Source of the DNA: Vitrella brassicaformis CCMP3155
Lineage: Eukaryota; Protista; Chromerida
Assembly: GCA_001179505.1 (NCBI GenBank)
Contig: CDMY01000467.1
Coordinates: forward strand, 1 to 64,000
Length of the DNA stretch: 64,000 nucleotides
Direction: 5' to 3'
Both the position numbers and the translations under genes were made by a program. Below the pieces are notes generated by a model. That model did not search any database and was not told the origin of the DNA. It saw nothing but the letters and a program-made list of their open reading frames with translations. Below are positions 9,129 to 21,400 of the stretch, one piece after another; the stretch's first letter is position 1; every line of letters begins with the position of its first letter.

Positions 9129-9422
9129 ATGGCGCATAAAAAAGGTGCAGGAAGCACTAAGAACGGCCGCGACTCCAACCCCAAGAGACTGGGAGTGAAG
9201 CGCTTCGCTGGGCAGTGGGTTTTTCCAGGCCAAGTTTTGGTTCGACAGCGAGGCGCCGTGTTTAAGCCTAGCCTGCCGCAAACCCAGCGGGGGCGCGACT
9301 TTACTATTTACTCTAACAGGCCCGGCTTTCTTTCCTTTAAGGGCCGAAGACTGGAGGTGAGTTGTGCCCCAAGACCGTCTCTCTTGGTGTGTAAGTTCGC
9401 CCATCTGTGGGCTATGGAGTAA
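9129..9422 (+). CDS. rpl27: 50S ribosomal protein L27
   Basis: MAHKKGAGSTKNGRDSNPKRLGVK signature. Confidence 0.97.
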   Translation: MAHKKGAGSTKNGRDSNPKRLGVKRFAGQWVFPGQVLVRQRGAVFKPSLPQTQRGRDFTIYSNRPGFLSFKGRRLEVSCAPRPSLLVCKFAHLWAME

Positions 9423-9467
9423 ACTAACTAGCTAGGCTACATTACTGATCAGAAGCCACACAAGCAC

Positions 9468-10301
9468 ATGAAACTAGCTGTCTACGGGAAAGGGGGCATT
9501 GGGAAGTCTACGACCAGCTGCAATATCTCAGTAGCTCTGGCCCGACGAGGCAAGCGAGTGCTTCAGATTGGGTGTGACCCAAAACACGACAGCACCTTTA
9601 CCCTCACTGGATTCCTAATCCCCACTATTATAGACACACTGCAGGCCAAAGACTACCATTATGAGGATGTATGGCCAGAGGATGTCATACACCGCGGATA
9701 CGGCGGGGTAGACTGCGTGGAGGCGGGAGGACCCCCAGCGGGAGCCGGTTGCGGAGGCTATGTGGTGGGAGAAACGGTTAAACTCCTGAAGGAGCTCAAT
9801 GCTTTTGACGAGTACGACGTTATTCTGTTCGATGTGTTGGGTGATGTGGTCTGCGGGGGATTCGCTGCTCCCCTTAACTACGCAGACTATTGCCTCATTG
9901 TCACGGACAACGGGTTTGATGCTCTATTTGCGGCCAATCGTATTGTGGCCTCTGTCCGGGAAAAAGCACGTACCCACGCTCTGCGCCTGGCCGGGCTTAT
10001 AGGAAACCGGACTGCTAAACGGGACTTGATTGACAAGTACCTTGAGACTGTTCCGGTGCCCGTTTTAGAAGTCCTACCTCTCATAGAAGATATCAGAATC
10101 TCTAGGGTCAAAGGAAAAACCATCTTCGAGATCTGCGAGCAAGAGCCAGCCCTGGTTTCGGTCTGCGGCTACTACCTTAATATAGCCGACCAGCTTCTAG
10201 CCCAGCCTGAGGGGGTAGTGCCGCGCGAAGCGGCAGACCGCGACCTTTTCAGTTTACTGTCCGATTTTTACCTAGCCCCTTCCTCTGTTTCTCGTCCATA
10301 G
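9468..10301 (+). CDS. chlL: Dark-operative protochlorophyllide reductase iron protein
   Basis: [45 protein letters not shown]. Confidence 0.98.
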   Translation: MKLAVYGKGGIGKSTTSCNISVALARRGKRVLQIGCDPKHDSTFTLTGFLIPTIIDTLQAKDYHYEDVWPEDVIHRGYGGVDCVEAGGPPAGAGCGGYVVGETVKLLKELNAFDEYDVILFDVLGDVVCGGFAAPLNYADYCLIVTDNGFDALFAANRIVASVREKARTHALRLAGLIGNRTAKRDLIDKYLETVPVPVLEVLPLIEDIRISRVKGKTIFEICEQEPALVSVCGYYLNIADQLLAQPEGVVPREAADRDLFSLLSDFYLAPSSVSRP

Positions 10302-10324
10302 CCTGGGGCAGAGGGTGTCGATGA

Positions 10325-11656
<1,332 letters not shown>

Positions 11657-11672
11657 ATAATTAAAAAGGGAT

Positions 11673-11745
11673 GGGCAGTTAGCTCAGGTGGTAGAGCACC
11701 TGCCTTACAAGCAGGGGGCCACTGGTTCGAATCCGGTACTGCCCA
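11673..11745 (+). tRNA. trnV: tRNA-Val(UAC)
   Basis: GGGCAGT...ACTGCCC A; loop CT TAC AA. Confidence 0.95.
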
Positions 11746-11749
11746 CCTC

Positions 11750-11822
11750 GGGCCCATCGTCTAAGGGAAGAAGACAGAAACCTTCTAAGTTTCCAATGTA
11801 GGTTCGAGTCCTACTGGGCCCA
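11750..11822 (+). tRNA. trnR: tRNA-Arg(UCU)
   Basis: GGGCCCA...TGGGCCC A; loop CT TCT AA. Confidence 0.93.
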
Positions 11823-11824
11823 AG

Positions 11825-11906
11825 ACGGACGTGGCGGAATTGGTAGACGCGCCAGATTTAGGTCCTGGTAGGGATCCCTGTGAGAGTTCGAGTCTCTCCG
11901 TCCGTA
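11825..11906 (+). tRNA. trnL: tRNA-Leu(UAG)
   Basis: ACGGACG...CGTCCGT A; long variable arm; loop TT TAG GT. Confidence 0.92.
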
Positions 11907-11954
11907 TGCCCTCCCGCCATCGTGCAGGGGTTGAGGTCAAAGAGGGGGGCCTTG

Positions 11955-12027
11955 GCTGGTGTAGCTCAACCGGTAGAGCGACTGATTTGTAATCAGTCGG
12001 TTGGGGGTTCAAGTCCCTTCACCAGCT
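11955..12027 (+). tRNA. trnT: tRNA-Thr(UGU)
   Basis: GCTGGTG...CACCAGC T; loop TT TGT AA. Confidence 0.95.
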
Positions 12028-12124
12028 CGGCTTCCACATGGAAAGCTGCCTGTACTTTCTCCGCGCTGCTCTGGTTGTTAGTGCATACGGTAGCGGGGAA
12101 TCAAAGAAGTGTTTGCTAGCTCAG

Positions 12125-12244
12125 ATGGTAGAAGGAGGTCGCGTGCCTTTATGGTTAATTGCTTGTATAGGGGGTATGGCCGTTTTAACGCTTTTGGGCT
12201 TGTTTATCTATGGTTCTTACTCGGGGCTAGGGTCATCGATCTAA
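12125..12244 (+). CDS. psbJ: Photosystem II protein J
   Basis: [39 protein letters not shown] matches PsbJ (GRIPLW...[13 protein letters not shown]). Confidence 0.95.
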   Translation: MVEGGRVPLWLIACIGGMAVLTLLGLFIYGSYSGLGSSI

Positions 12245-12360
12245 CCTGGAGAACCACAGCGGGTCCAAAAAAAGATTTTACCAAAAAATAGAAAAAGATA
12301 GACCGACATTAGGGGTCCGGTGAGAAGCCAAGCTCGATACACTTAGACAAATAAACACAG

Positions 12361-12459
12361 ATGGAGGCTGCAGTCTATAGCTTGTTACTACTGAGCACCC
12401 TTCTGGTGCTTTTCTTAGCCGTGTTCTTCAGAGAGCCGCCACGCATCTTAGGTCAATAA
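12361..12459 (+). CDS. psbT: Photosystem II protein T
   Basis: Hand translation MEAAVYSLLLLSTLLVLFLAVFFREPPRILGQ (FFREPPRI signature). Confidence 0.95.
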   Translation: MEAAVYSLLLLSTLLVLFLAVFFREPPRILGQ

Positions 12460-12479
12460 AGTGAAGCACGGCAGTAAAC

Positions 12480-13028
12480 ATGATTACTAGAAATAACTTT
12501 TACACGCCTTCCCGGGTGTCCATAAAGATTCGTGGTTCTCGTGAGTGGGCAACTCTTCTTTGGGCCCTTGGGCTGTGTGCGGGGGGAATCTTCTTTTTTA
12601 ACAAGGGCTTAGCCTCTTATTTCGGCGACGAATATCTAGTTTACGTTCCTCAAGGTATTTTTCTTGTTTTTTACGGAACTCTGGCGTTGATTCTGTCCGG
12701 ATTCTTTCTGGCGAGCGTTCTGTGGGACGTAGGATCAGGAACTTGCACGATGGACAGAAACCGTGACTTGTGTAGATTGTTGCGATTAAACTTTCCTGGC
12801 AAATATCGCTTTTTCGAGATGACATTTCTTCCTTCCGGAGTCCAAAGCGTTAACTTGGATGTACAATCAGGACTTTTCCCGAGGCGAGTCTTGGCTTTGA
12901 CTATAAGCTCTAACAGCATTCCCCTTAACTCAAATCAAGAGCTAGTGAAGATAACCACCATGGAGACACTAGCGCTAGCTTTAGCAAAATGGTTAGACGT
13001 GGGTTTTGAATGGCGAGAGTCAGGCTAG
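12480..13028 (+). CDS. ycf4: Photosystem I assembly protein Ycf4
   Basis: IRGSRE..., GLASYFG, YVPQGIFLVFYG, WDVGSG, RLNFPGKYR pattern. Confidence 0.9.
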   Translation: MITRNNFYTPSRVSIKIRGSREWATLLWALGLCAGGIFFFNKGLASYFGDEYLVYVPQGIFLVFYGTLALILSGFFLASVLWDVGSGTCTMDRNRDLCRLLRLNFPGKYRFFEMTFLPSGVQSVNLDVQSGLFPRRVLALTISSNSIPLNSNQELVKITTMETLALALAKWLDVGFEWRESG

Positions 13029-13210
13029 TTTCACTGAACAAAGAGATTCCAAAATGTGGACAGAAGTCTCCCGTCTTGCGTTTGTCCCAAAGCAACGACC
13101 TCACTAAAATTAAGAAGTGACCGGTTTTAACTATGTTAAAATGATGAACGTAGTCCATTCAAGCTCTGGAGCTAAGTTTGGTGTGAGGCCCTAGACGATT
13201 CCATAACGTT

Positions 13211-13465
13211 ATGTCAGGAGGATCCACAGGAGAGCGACCATTCTCAGAAATCATCACTAGTACTAGATACTGGATTATTCACAGTGTCACTATTCCATCG
13301 CTATTTTTGTCTGGCTGGATTTTTATCAGAACGGGACTGGCGTACGACTTGTTCGGCACCCCTCGCTCCACTGACTATTTCTTACCAGAAAGACAACAAG
13401 TTCCCCTAGTAAACGATAGATTTAGTGCAAAACAGGAACTAGAGGATTTAACTAGAGATCTTTAG
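13211..13465 (+). CDS. psbE: Cytochrome b559 alpha
   Basis: [32 protein letters not shown]. Confidence 0.98.
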   Translation: MSGGSTGERPFSEIITSTRYWIIHSVTIPSLFLSGWIFIRTGLAYDLFGTPRSTDYFLPERQQVPLVNDRFSAKQELEDLTRDL

Positions 13466-13552
13466 AAGATCCCCAGTCGACTCATAGAAAACCACTAATA
13501 GTGCAAGAGCTTTCTACCTGTGTGGGTTATTACATTTAAGCGATACATCTCA

Positions 13553-13699
13553 ATGGTTAACGGATCTACCACTCCAGCTAAAAATCTTCCTATCTCTTAT
13601 CCAATCATAACGGTCCGATGGCTGGCAGTACACGCTTTAGCTATTCCTACCGTATTCTTTTTTGGTGCTCTCACCGCCATGCAGTTTATTCAGAGATAG
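13553..13699 (+). CDS. psbF: Cytochrome b559 beta
   Basis: Hand translation [48 protein letters not shown]. Confidence 0.96.
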   Translation: MVNGSTTPAKNLPISYPIITVRWLAVHALAIPTVFFFGALTAMQFIQR

Positions 13700-13772
13700 T
13701 CAAGTAGCCGTCCATATAGAAGGTGACAGTAGTGTTTTATTTGTTATTGTACTGAAAAGTTCTATTTAACCT

Positions 13773-13922
13773 ATGAAAGAGAGCATTTTGTTTGGTATTG
13801 TAATTGGCATGTCTAGCGTTTCGTTAGCTGGGCTATTAGCTACAGCTTTAGCTCAGTACGTTCGTGGGAAACAACTGCAGACAGCATACGAGCAACCAGA
13901 AAGGCCCAATGCTTCCCCCTAG
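13773..13922 (+). CDS. petG: Cytochrome b6f subunit V, short C-terminal extension
   Basis: Hand translation MKESILFGIVIGMSSVSLAGLLATALAQYVRGKQL..., matching the PetG GIVLG...LAGL...AYLQYRRG pattern. Confidence 0.85.
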   Translation: MKESILFGIVIGMSSVSLAGLLATALAQYVRGKQLQTAYEQPERPNASP

Positions 13923-13979
13923 TACGCGAACGTAAGGTGTATCTTTGCATATCTTGTTTATCTAGCAGCTATCTTTCAT

Positions 13980-14111
13980 TTAATCCTCGTGTTCCTCAAA
14001 CGGATCTTTTAAATATGCCGAACCTGGTCCAAAAGCGGCGTAGCCGGCATATAAAACAACCCCTAAAAGAGTTCCACAGGTAAAACACACTAAGATTTTA
14101 GTTGTATCCAT
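13980..14111 (-). CDS. psbN: PsbN
   Basis: Hand translation MDTTKILVCFTCGTLLGVVLYAGYAAFGPGSAYLKDPFEEHED; divergent from psbH as usual. Confidence 0.95.
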   Translation of the reverse strand: MDTTKILVCFTCGTLLGVVLYAGYAAFGPGSAYLKDPFEEHED

Positions 14112-14208
14112 CCTCCAATTTTCAGGCATTGAAGCGACGATTCATATCTTAACTCAGAGTGTAGTGCTGTAAATAGACCAGCTTCTTCCTTAACGACCTC
14201 ATTTATAT

Positions 14209-14412
14209 ATGGCCAAGAGCACGCGTCTAACGGAAATTTTAAAATCCTTCAATTTTAATCAGGCCGCGGGAGAAGTAGAGCCTGGATGGGGGCCTGCCCC
14301 TTTAATGCTAGTACTGATTTTGTTGTTTGTGGTGTTTTTGTTTATTCTGCTGCAAATCTACAACTCAACTCTATTGCTAGACGGTGTGGAAGTAGAGTGG
14401 AAAACCATTTAG
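14209..14412 (+). CDS. psbH: Photosystem II protein H
   Basis: GEVEPGWGPAPLMLVLI...LLQIYNSTLLLDGV. Confidence 0.95.
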   Translation: MAKSTRLTEILKSFNFNQAAGEVEPGWGPAPLMLVLILLFVVFLFILLQIYNSTLLLDGVEVEWKTI

Positions 14413-14512
14413 TTCTAGTTTCCTTAGGATTTAGCATGAGACTGTAAAGGGCAATGGAGAGCCGACCAAAGAAAAGGGTGAGAAGGACATAGAAATCGAT
14501 CTTTGTTGATAT

Positions 14513-16018
14513 ATGGCAACAACAAAATCTAGACGAAGAAGACTTCGTTTCGGCGGGGGAGAAGTCGAAACTTTGGGAGACGGAATCGCTCGCGTAAAAG
14601 GCATCAAAAACGTTCAGGCTGGGGAAATAGTCATTTTTCAAGATGGGACCAGAGGCCTGGCCTTAAATCTTGAAGAAAACAATGTAGGAGTGGTTCTTCT
14701 AGGAACTTCTTATAGGTTATCCCAAGGCAGCAAAGTCTTTTGCACCGCGGAGATTGCTCGAGTACCGGTAGGAGAAGACCTTCTTGGTCGAGTCGTCAAC
14801 CCTCTCGGCAAACCTATAGATGGTCAAGCTGACTATAGAAGTGCGGGCATGAGTGAAAAAAGACTACTACTAAGACGCATCGAGTCGTCTGCGCCTGGAA
14901 TTGTAGTTAGAAGATCGGTCGAGCAACCGATGCAAACTGGCGTAATCGCAATAGACTCCATGATACCTGTAGGTAGGGGGCAGAGAGAATTAATTATTGG
15001 TGACAGACAAACCGGAAAAACGTCGATAGCCCTGGACGCCATTATTAATCAAGTTGGCTCGAAAGTGATTTGTGTGTATGTAGCGGTAGGTCAAAGAGCA
15101 TACACAGTGGGGCAAATTAAAGAAGCTCTAGAAACTACCGGAGCGCTTGCTCAAACAGTCATTGTAGCAGCGTGCGCCAACGAGTCTGCGGCTCTGCAGT
15201 ACATCTCACCTTACGTTGGAGCTACTGTAGCAGAGCATTTTATGTATGAGGGTTGTGATACACTAGTTATTTACGATGATTTATCAAAGCAAGCCCAGGC
15301 CTATAGAGAGATATCTTTAATATTGCGTCGTCCGCCGGGACGAGAGGCCTACCCTGGGGACGTTTTCTATTTACATTCTCGCTTGTTAGAAAGAGCTGCG
15401 AAACTTGGAGCAGCGGCTGGAGGAGGCAGCATGACGGCATTGCCTATTGTCGAAACTCAGGCCGGAGACGTCTCAGCTTATATTCCAACTAATGTGATCA
15501 GCATTACGGATGGTCAAATCTTCTTGTCCAAAGACTTATTTAACGCGGGTGTCCGTCCAGCTATTGACGTTGGCCTGTCTGTCTCTCGCGTAGGGTCAGC
15601 AGCACAAATCAAAGCCTTGAAACAGGTAGCAGGAAAATTAAAGCTAGAATTAGCGCAGTTTGCTGAGCTGCAAGCCTTTTCGAAATTTGCCTCTGAACTA
15701 GACAATGTAACGAAGTTTCGACTGGACCGTGGAATGCGGCTTCGCGAAATGTTGAAACAGCCAAGGACAGCTCCTATACCTGTCGAAGAGCAGATAGCTA
15801 TTATCTATGCAGGCACTAATGGCTATTTGGACGATTTATCTCTCGATCAAGTCGGTCCTTATCTAAAAGATTACAGAGAACGGGTTAGGCAAGCCTCTAC
15901 ATCTGATAAACGTCCGTACATCGACACGGTTCGAACTACCAAGGTCTTAGATGATGGCCTTCAAAGACTTTTGGCCGAGACGGCGCAAGAGGTATTGAAA
16001 AATTACGTGCGTAAATAA
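14513..16018 (+). CDS. atpA: ATP synthase CF1 alpha, N-terminally shortened
   Basis: [52 protein letters not shown]. Confidence 0.98.
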   Translation: MATTKSRRRRLRFGGGEVETLGDGIARVKGIKNVQAGEIVIFQDGTRGLALNLEENNVGVVLLGTSYRLSQGSKVFCTAEIARVPVGEDLLGRVVNPLGKPIDGQADYRSAGMSEKRLLLRRIESSAPGIVVRRSVEQPMQTGVIAIDSMIPVGRGQRELIIGDRQTGKTSIALDAIINQVGSKVICVYVAVGQRAYTVGQIKEALETTGALAQTVIVAACANESAALQYISPYVGATVAEHFMYEGCDTLVIYDDLSKQAQAYREISLILRRPPGREAYPGDVFYLHSRLLERAAKLGAAAGGGSMTALPIVETQAGDVSAYIPTNVISITDGQIFLSKDLFNAGVRPAIDVGLSVSRVGSAAQIKALKQVAGKLKLELAQFAELQAFSKFASELDNVTKFRLDRGMRLREMLKQPRTAPIPVEEQIAIIYAGTNGYLDDLSLDQVGPYLKDYRERVRQASTSDKRPYIDTVRTTKVLDDGLQRLLAETAQEVLKNYVRK

Positions 16019-16094
16019 AAAATGAATGACTAACGAATAAAAAGCTTTTATATTGGAGACAGTAAGCGCGAAGCCATGGCGCTATCTTTCCGAG

Positions 16095-16619
16095 CTAGTT
16101 CCTAATCATTCCGTTCCGGTGCTGCTTCAGCCAATTCTCGGCTTTTGTGTAGTTTCCTGGAACTAGTTTTATAGCTCTTTTCCAAAAAACAGACGCTAAT
16201 TCAAACCATTCGTTGGCTAATAGATAATGTCCCCGATCGCTGCACTCTGTGCCCAAATAGTGACATAACACAGCCACATTATTCCATGCCTGGGGTAAAA
16301 GGCCATTAATGGCAAGAGCTGCCTTGAAGTATTTCATGGCTTTTTTGTAGGCACCATTATTTTGCAAAATAAGTCCTATGTTGTACCATATGTAACTCCT
16401 TTGAATAGGGTCTTCCTCTTCGCAAATAGCGTTATAATAGTTCTGAAGCGCCTCCAAGTAAGAGCCTCGAGTTTGGGCTTCCATGGCAGTCCTATAGTAA
16501 AAGAAAGATTTTTTGGCCTCGCTACTCGTTGGCAGGGAACCCAGCAAAACATCTGCTAAAGACACGAAAGTCTTGTCTATAAAATTGTCACTCCCAAGCA
16601 TCAGTTCGCCTTTTTCCAA
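16095..16619 (-). CDS. ycf3: Photosystem I assembly protein Ycf3 (TPR)
   Basis: DNFIDKTF..LAD, EALQNYY, RSYIWYNIGLI, LPQAWNNVAV, PGNYTKAENWLK. Confidence 0.95.
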   Translation of the reverse strand: MEKGELMLGSDNFIDKTFVSLADVLLGSLPTSSEAKKSFFYYRTAMEAQTRGSYLEALQNYYNAICEEEDPIQRSYIWYNIGLILQNNGAYKKAMKYFKAALAINGLLPQAWNNVAVLCHYLGTECSDRGHYLLANEWFELASVFWKRAIKLVPGNYTKAENWLKQHRNGMIRN

Positions 16620-16669
16620 ACACCTTGCCTAAACATCCATTACATTGTTGCACCTGATAGAAGTTATTG

Positions 16670-16933
<264 letters not shown>

Positions 16934-16995
16934 TTAGTGCTTGAACATTAGAATACTGGGTCTCAATAAACCACCACTTAAGCAATGAACCGGTT

Positions 16996-17712
16996 TTATT
17001 CCTGGGCTTCTTCTATGTAGCCGGCAGCCAGAGTGGTAAAGATTACTGCCTGCACGCTTCCGGCGAATACTCCCAGTGCAATGATCGGCAAAGGAATGAT
17101 CAGAGGCACCAACAGTGAAAAGACTGCCACAGTCAAGTCATCTGCCAACACGTTCCCAAAAAGTCGGAAACTTAAGGAAAGTGGCTTGGCAAAATCCTCG
17201 AGCAAATTAATAGGTAACAAAATAGGTGTCGGCTTAATGTAACGTCTAAATGCCCCTAGACCTTTGCGTCGTATTCCAGCGTAGAAGTAAGCAATCGACA
17301 CCATCAAGGCCAGCGCAACGGTTACATTGATGTCCGTACTAGGAGAAACAAACTCAGCACCCGGCAAAGTAATTAATTTTAAAGGCAAAATAATGTTCCA
17401 GTTCCAGAGAAGAATTTGAATGTAGACAATGATGAAAAACGGTCTCCAGGGGCGTACATATTTTCTTCCCAAACAAGAGACCAAAATATTGTTAACAGTT
17501 TTGAAAGAAATTTGAAAAGGTGACCACAGAGTTTCCAGAGCATTCAAAAAGCCTTTTCCTCCAACCCTGGCCAATCCAGTCAAAACAAGCAAAGGAGCTA
17601 TGGTAATTAAAATCGACAAAATTACCGTTCCGTGCAATTTGAGCCCTGAAATGAACCAGTAGTACTGACCCCCCACTGCTATCCCTTCAGATATAAGTTG
17701 GTTCAAAAGCAT
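16996..17712 (-). CDS. atpI: ATP synthase CF0 subunit IV (a)
   Basis: GGQYYW, SPSTDINVTVALAL, PINLLEDFAKPLSLSFRLFGNVLAD. Confidence 0.97.
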   Translation of the reverse strand: MLLNQLISEGIAVGGQYYWFISGLKLHGTVILSILITIAPLLVLTGLARVGGKGFLNALETLWSPFQISFKTVNNILVSCLGRKYVRPWRPFFIIVYIQILLWNWNIILPLKLITLPGAEFVSPSTDINVTVALALMVSIAYFYAGIRRKGLGAFRRYIKPTPILLPINLLEDFAKPLSLSFRLFGNVLADDLTVAVFSLLVPLIIPLPIIALGVFAGSVQAVIFTTLAAGYIEEAQE

Positions 17713-17767
17713 ATCTTTTATAAGCGCGTGTTTAGCTTACGAATTAACCACTATAGTGACTTTAAAC

Positions 17768-18484
17768 TTAGAGAGAACCGACGTAATAGCGAACTAATTT
17801 GCCTCGAAGAATAGCAGTACTAAGAATTTGAAGCACTGTTTTCACCGAAAGACTACTGTCGTCGTTGGCAGGCACCGGCATGTGTATGGAGTTCACATGG
17901 CTCGCGGAATCTGTTATACCCACGAGAATTCGTCTCAGTTTGATACTTTCTAGGATAGCCTGCTTTTCGTGTTCCGGATCCACAATAATAATTATGTTGG
18001 GGACAGAGTGCAGCCCAACCAGACCGCTCATCTCTAAACTCAGTTTTGTGTATCTCCTTTCTAAAGAAAGAACGAGTCCCTTTGGTAAAGCCTTGAGAGA
18101 ATCCCGCTTTTGCAGCCAGAGAAACACCCGGTTAAACCATGATAGAAGCCTGACTCGCCCGCGCAAAAACGTCCAGTTGGTCAATAAACCGCTTCTCCAA
18201 ACTTGATTCACATAAAAGGAGCCACAGCAGACAGCTGCTCTTTTAGTCCAGGGAGAGGCAACTGCCTTTGTCCCAACAAACAGAAACTTGTGGCCTCTCT
18301 TGGCCATTTTGAACAAATAAGTATATGCCGTTGACAACAGTTTAGCTGTTTGGACAAGGTCGATTAAGTAATGGCTTCTCACTACAGCGCGCGTGAAGAA
18401 TGCAATGCGTGGGTGCCACTTTGATTTACTGTGCCCCAAATACACCTTGTTTTTTATTAAAGACTCTAAACTGACTAAAGACAT
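17768..18484 (-). CDS. rps2: 30S ribosomal protein S2
   Basis: VYLGHSKSKWHP, LFVGTK, WRSGLLTNW, PVPANDDS; follows rpoC2. Confidence 0.95.
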   Translation of the reverse strand: MSLVSLESLIKNKVYLGHSKSKWHPRIAFFTRAVVRSHYLIDLVQTAKLLSTAYTYLFKMAKRGHKFLFVGTKAVASPWTKRAAVCCGSFYVNQVWRSGLLTNWTFLRGRVRLLSWFNRVFLWLQKRDSLKALPKGLVLSLERRYTKLSLEMSGLVGLHSVPNIIIIVDPEHEKQAILESIKLRRILVGITDSASHVNSIHMPVPANDDSSLSVKTVLQILSTAILRGKLVRYYVGSL

Positions 18485-21400
18485 CTTTAAAATGAAAAGA
18501 AGACTTCCAACCTTCTCTACGCACGCTTGTTTCTGGACTCACTCGCGACCCAGTCCCCACAGGAATTAGCTGGCCCAAGATAACTCTCGCTTTTAAGTCA
18601 GTGCACCAGTCGGCACTAGATCGAACGGATGTTTGTGCCAGAACTCTGACTGTCTCTTGGAAACTTGAAGCTGACAAAAATCCAGTATTTAAAAGAATGC
18701 ATTTGGAGATACCTAGAACTAATGGCTTGTAAAAACAATGCTGATAACCATGATTAATGGCCGCCGTGTTCATAATATGAGCTAATCCCAAGGGAAGAAT
18801 ATCCCCTACATTACAATGAAGCTGTCCGGGCGCCCAGACTCGAACACATGAAGCCATGCGCCTAGCAATTAACTCAAAGTGAACGGTAGGTAAACTAATG
18901 CCTTGGAATCTATACTGCTCAAATAAAGACCTTGAAACAAGTTGTTGAGCCACTAATAGAGCTAGTTTACTAGCAATGAAAACGCCGTGGAAGACAAAGT
19001 GATGATCGTAAATTCGACGGATAAAAGCATTGGTTGAAACAACACCTGTGTGTGCCGGTTGACCTCCGTAGCACACGGTAAAGATTTTCGAGCGCCTCGC
19101 AGTCTGGTTGGATATATACAGAGTCCTCGGCTGCCAGCCTACTGACAAGAACCGTGGCGCGGGAGCTGAAAGCAGGTACGTCTGGCCACAGGAACGCGTC
19201 TTTACGTGCTCCACGGATTGCAAGGCTTGGGACTGTCTAGATAGCACGCTTTCGTCGTGCCCATGCCAGTAAGAGCCAATTAACCCGCTAGTGTCAGCCA
19301 AGCACATGTTGTCCCCAGGCTCTCGAATTTCTAAAATGCCTTCTATAGTCTGAATACCCAAAATAATGTCGCGGGCCGAGCCAAGGCTCTGTTTAGTCAT
19401 ATATTGAAACATCTGCAAAGTTTGGGCCCAAGGAAGCCAATCAGGACAGGGAGGGTTGTTACCGTACAATAACTTGTTTTTTTGCAGCTCAATAAGAAAG
19501 TTCACATGTCCCCGCATTCGTGGAGCCCGACCTACTTTTCTAGGTTCCTTGTAAGATAGAGAACTCAAGGTGGTCACCGGCTCGCCTGGCCACCGAAACA
19601 CACTCGAGGCTCTGTCTAGCAAGAACCCAGTGACTTTCCTGACTTCTCTGGTCACACCGGATAAGACGCAACTTGACTTGTAGTGATTACTAACTGCAGC
19701 GCTCAGGATTTTAAAAGATTTATAAGATTGACATTTTAATTTTTTTAGTCGCCCGAGGAAGAGCAGCTGGGAAGGCAAGACGCTAACCACGCTTTGAGCA
19801 TCCTTAAGAAAGAGACTAGAAGTACGCTCATTTAGCCTCACAAAGTTTCTGTCATACGAGGTGAGACGCGTCAATACACGGCATCCCCAGGCTATCACGA
19901 CCCTGTCAGTGTAAAAATGGGAAAAAGTGTGCAATAAGTTACTTGCCAGCGCGTCCTCATGTTCTATAGCGCTGCTGCTAGCTTCTACTTTGGCGCGAGA
20001 GTTAGGAAGAAAAAAATAGTCAACATTTAATTTTGAACAGGCGTCGTCTTGAACAGAAGACATAGAAAACATGCAGCCCAACCACTGGTTAAATTGATGT
20101 CCCGCCAGCACGGGATTCCATAGTTGTGTGCGCACGCTGTTTAATTTAGAAGCTTTACTTAAATGGCTGGATTCGCAGATGGATAGATTTCCGGGATGAC
20201 CAAAAACCATTCGTCCAGAGAAAGTGAAGACCGAAGACGCATCTTTAGTTTTCCACGTCCAGCTCAAGTCATTTTGATCCGCACTTCTAATCGCCATTAA
20301 GTTGCGAAACGCTTCGAAAGAAAACATGCTGTTAAACCGAGGCCTTACGTTCAAAAAACTCAGAAACCATTTAATCCTATTCTGGCTTGTTGCAGAGCCT
20401 GAAAAAAGCAGACAACCAAGCCCGGGATCTGCATTAAGATATTGGTTACGGCGATGATCCGAATCTAATGCTGCCCATTCTCCTTTTACAGAGAGTAGGC
20501 CAGTAAAAAAATCTATAACAAACATCCTATAGCTTTTAACGTTTGACACTTGAGGTATAGCGTTAAAGGCTGTCGCGGACCTGAGTCCTTTCTCGAAGCT
20601 TTCTAGAGAAACTAGTTTCTGAAAAGCCAAGGAGCTGGGCCGACCAAAGCCACTAACGTGAGACTTAAGACATAAACCGAACGAGCCGGGGAAACTGGAA
20701 ACTAAACTGGTCTTAGTCTGTCCTAAACTAGGGTTAATTAAAAGAGGTTGCCAGCCTGTTTGTTTTCTGTGAGCTAGTGTAAAGTGCATTTCCGGAACCT
20801 TTAGCTCCCCCGCCGACGTTGAGAAGGCGCTTTCTATGTTAGCCCATTTTTTCCAGTCGCCGTGCCTTATAAAAGACCGAAGAGGCGGACTCGCGCAAAC
20901 CCACGCAGATGTCTGAAGAGATGTGTGTTCAGTGAAATGGCTGCTTAGGCCGGGTTGATACAAGATAGACAACAAAGCTTTCTCTGTAGATAACATTAAC
21001 TTAGAACTTAAGTCTTTCAGACCCACGTAGCTTGTGGCGGCTAATGAGTGACGAGTGGGTAGTCCGGATTGCCTTCCTATAGCCACCTGATCTAAAGTGT
21101 GCAGACAGTTTAAATGACTCAAGCGCGTTTTCTGCCGCACTCCGCGCATTCCATTCGGGCCCACCTGCACAAAACACATCATGCGATGCAACGTATTCTC
21201 CGGACGAAAAAGATGAGAAGAAACACTTGCCTGAGTTTTATGCTTTTGGGGCGTAAACAGGTCGTTGGAACTGCCGTAAGACTCGAATACTCCGCCCGTG
21301 TGAAATGTGCGTAACACGAGCTGCGTTCCAGGTTCCCCCACAGCCTGACCCGCTAAGGTCCCGACCGACTCTCCCAACCTAATTTTTTGCCCGGAACTTC

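Noticed and set aside
12925-13158. Minus-strand ORF MDYVHH... with TGHF and FCPH motifs reminiscent of ribosomal protein L33
   Set aside because: The middle is hydrophobic rather than basic, it runs antisense into ycf4 and is out of syntenic context. An HMM search (PF00471) would be needed.
13923-13990. Frame reading ...LSSSYLSFN resembling the PsbL C-terminus
   Set aside because: No start codon, no ELNRTSLY motif, and it overlaps psbN antisense; psbL is not supported here.
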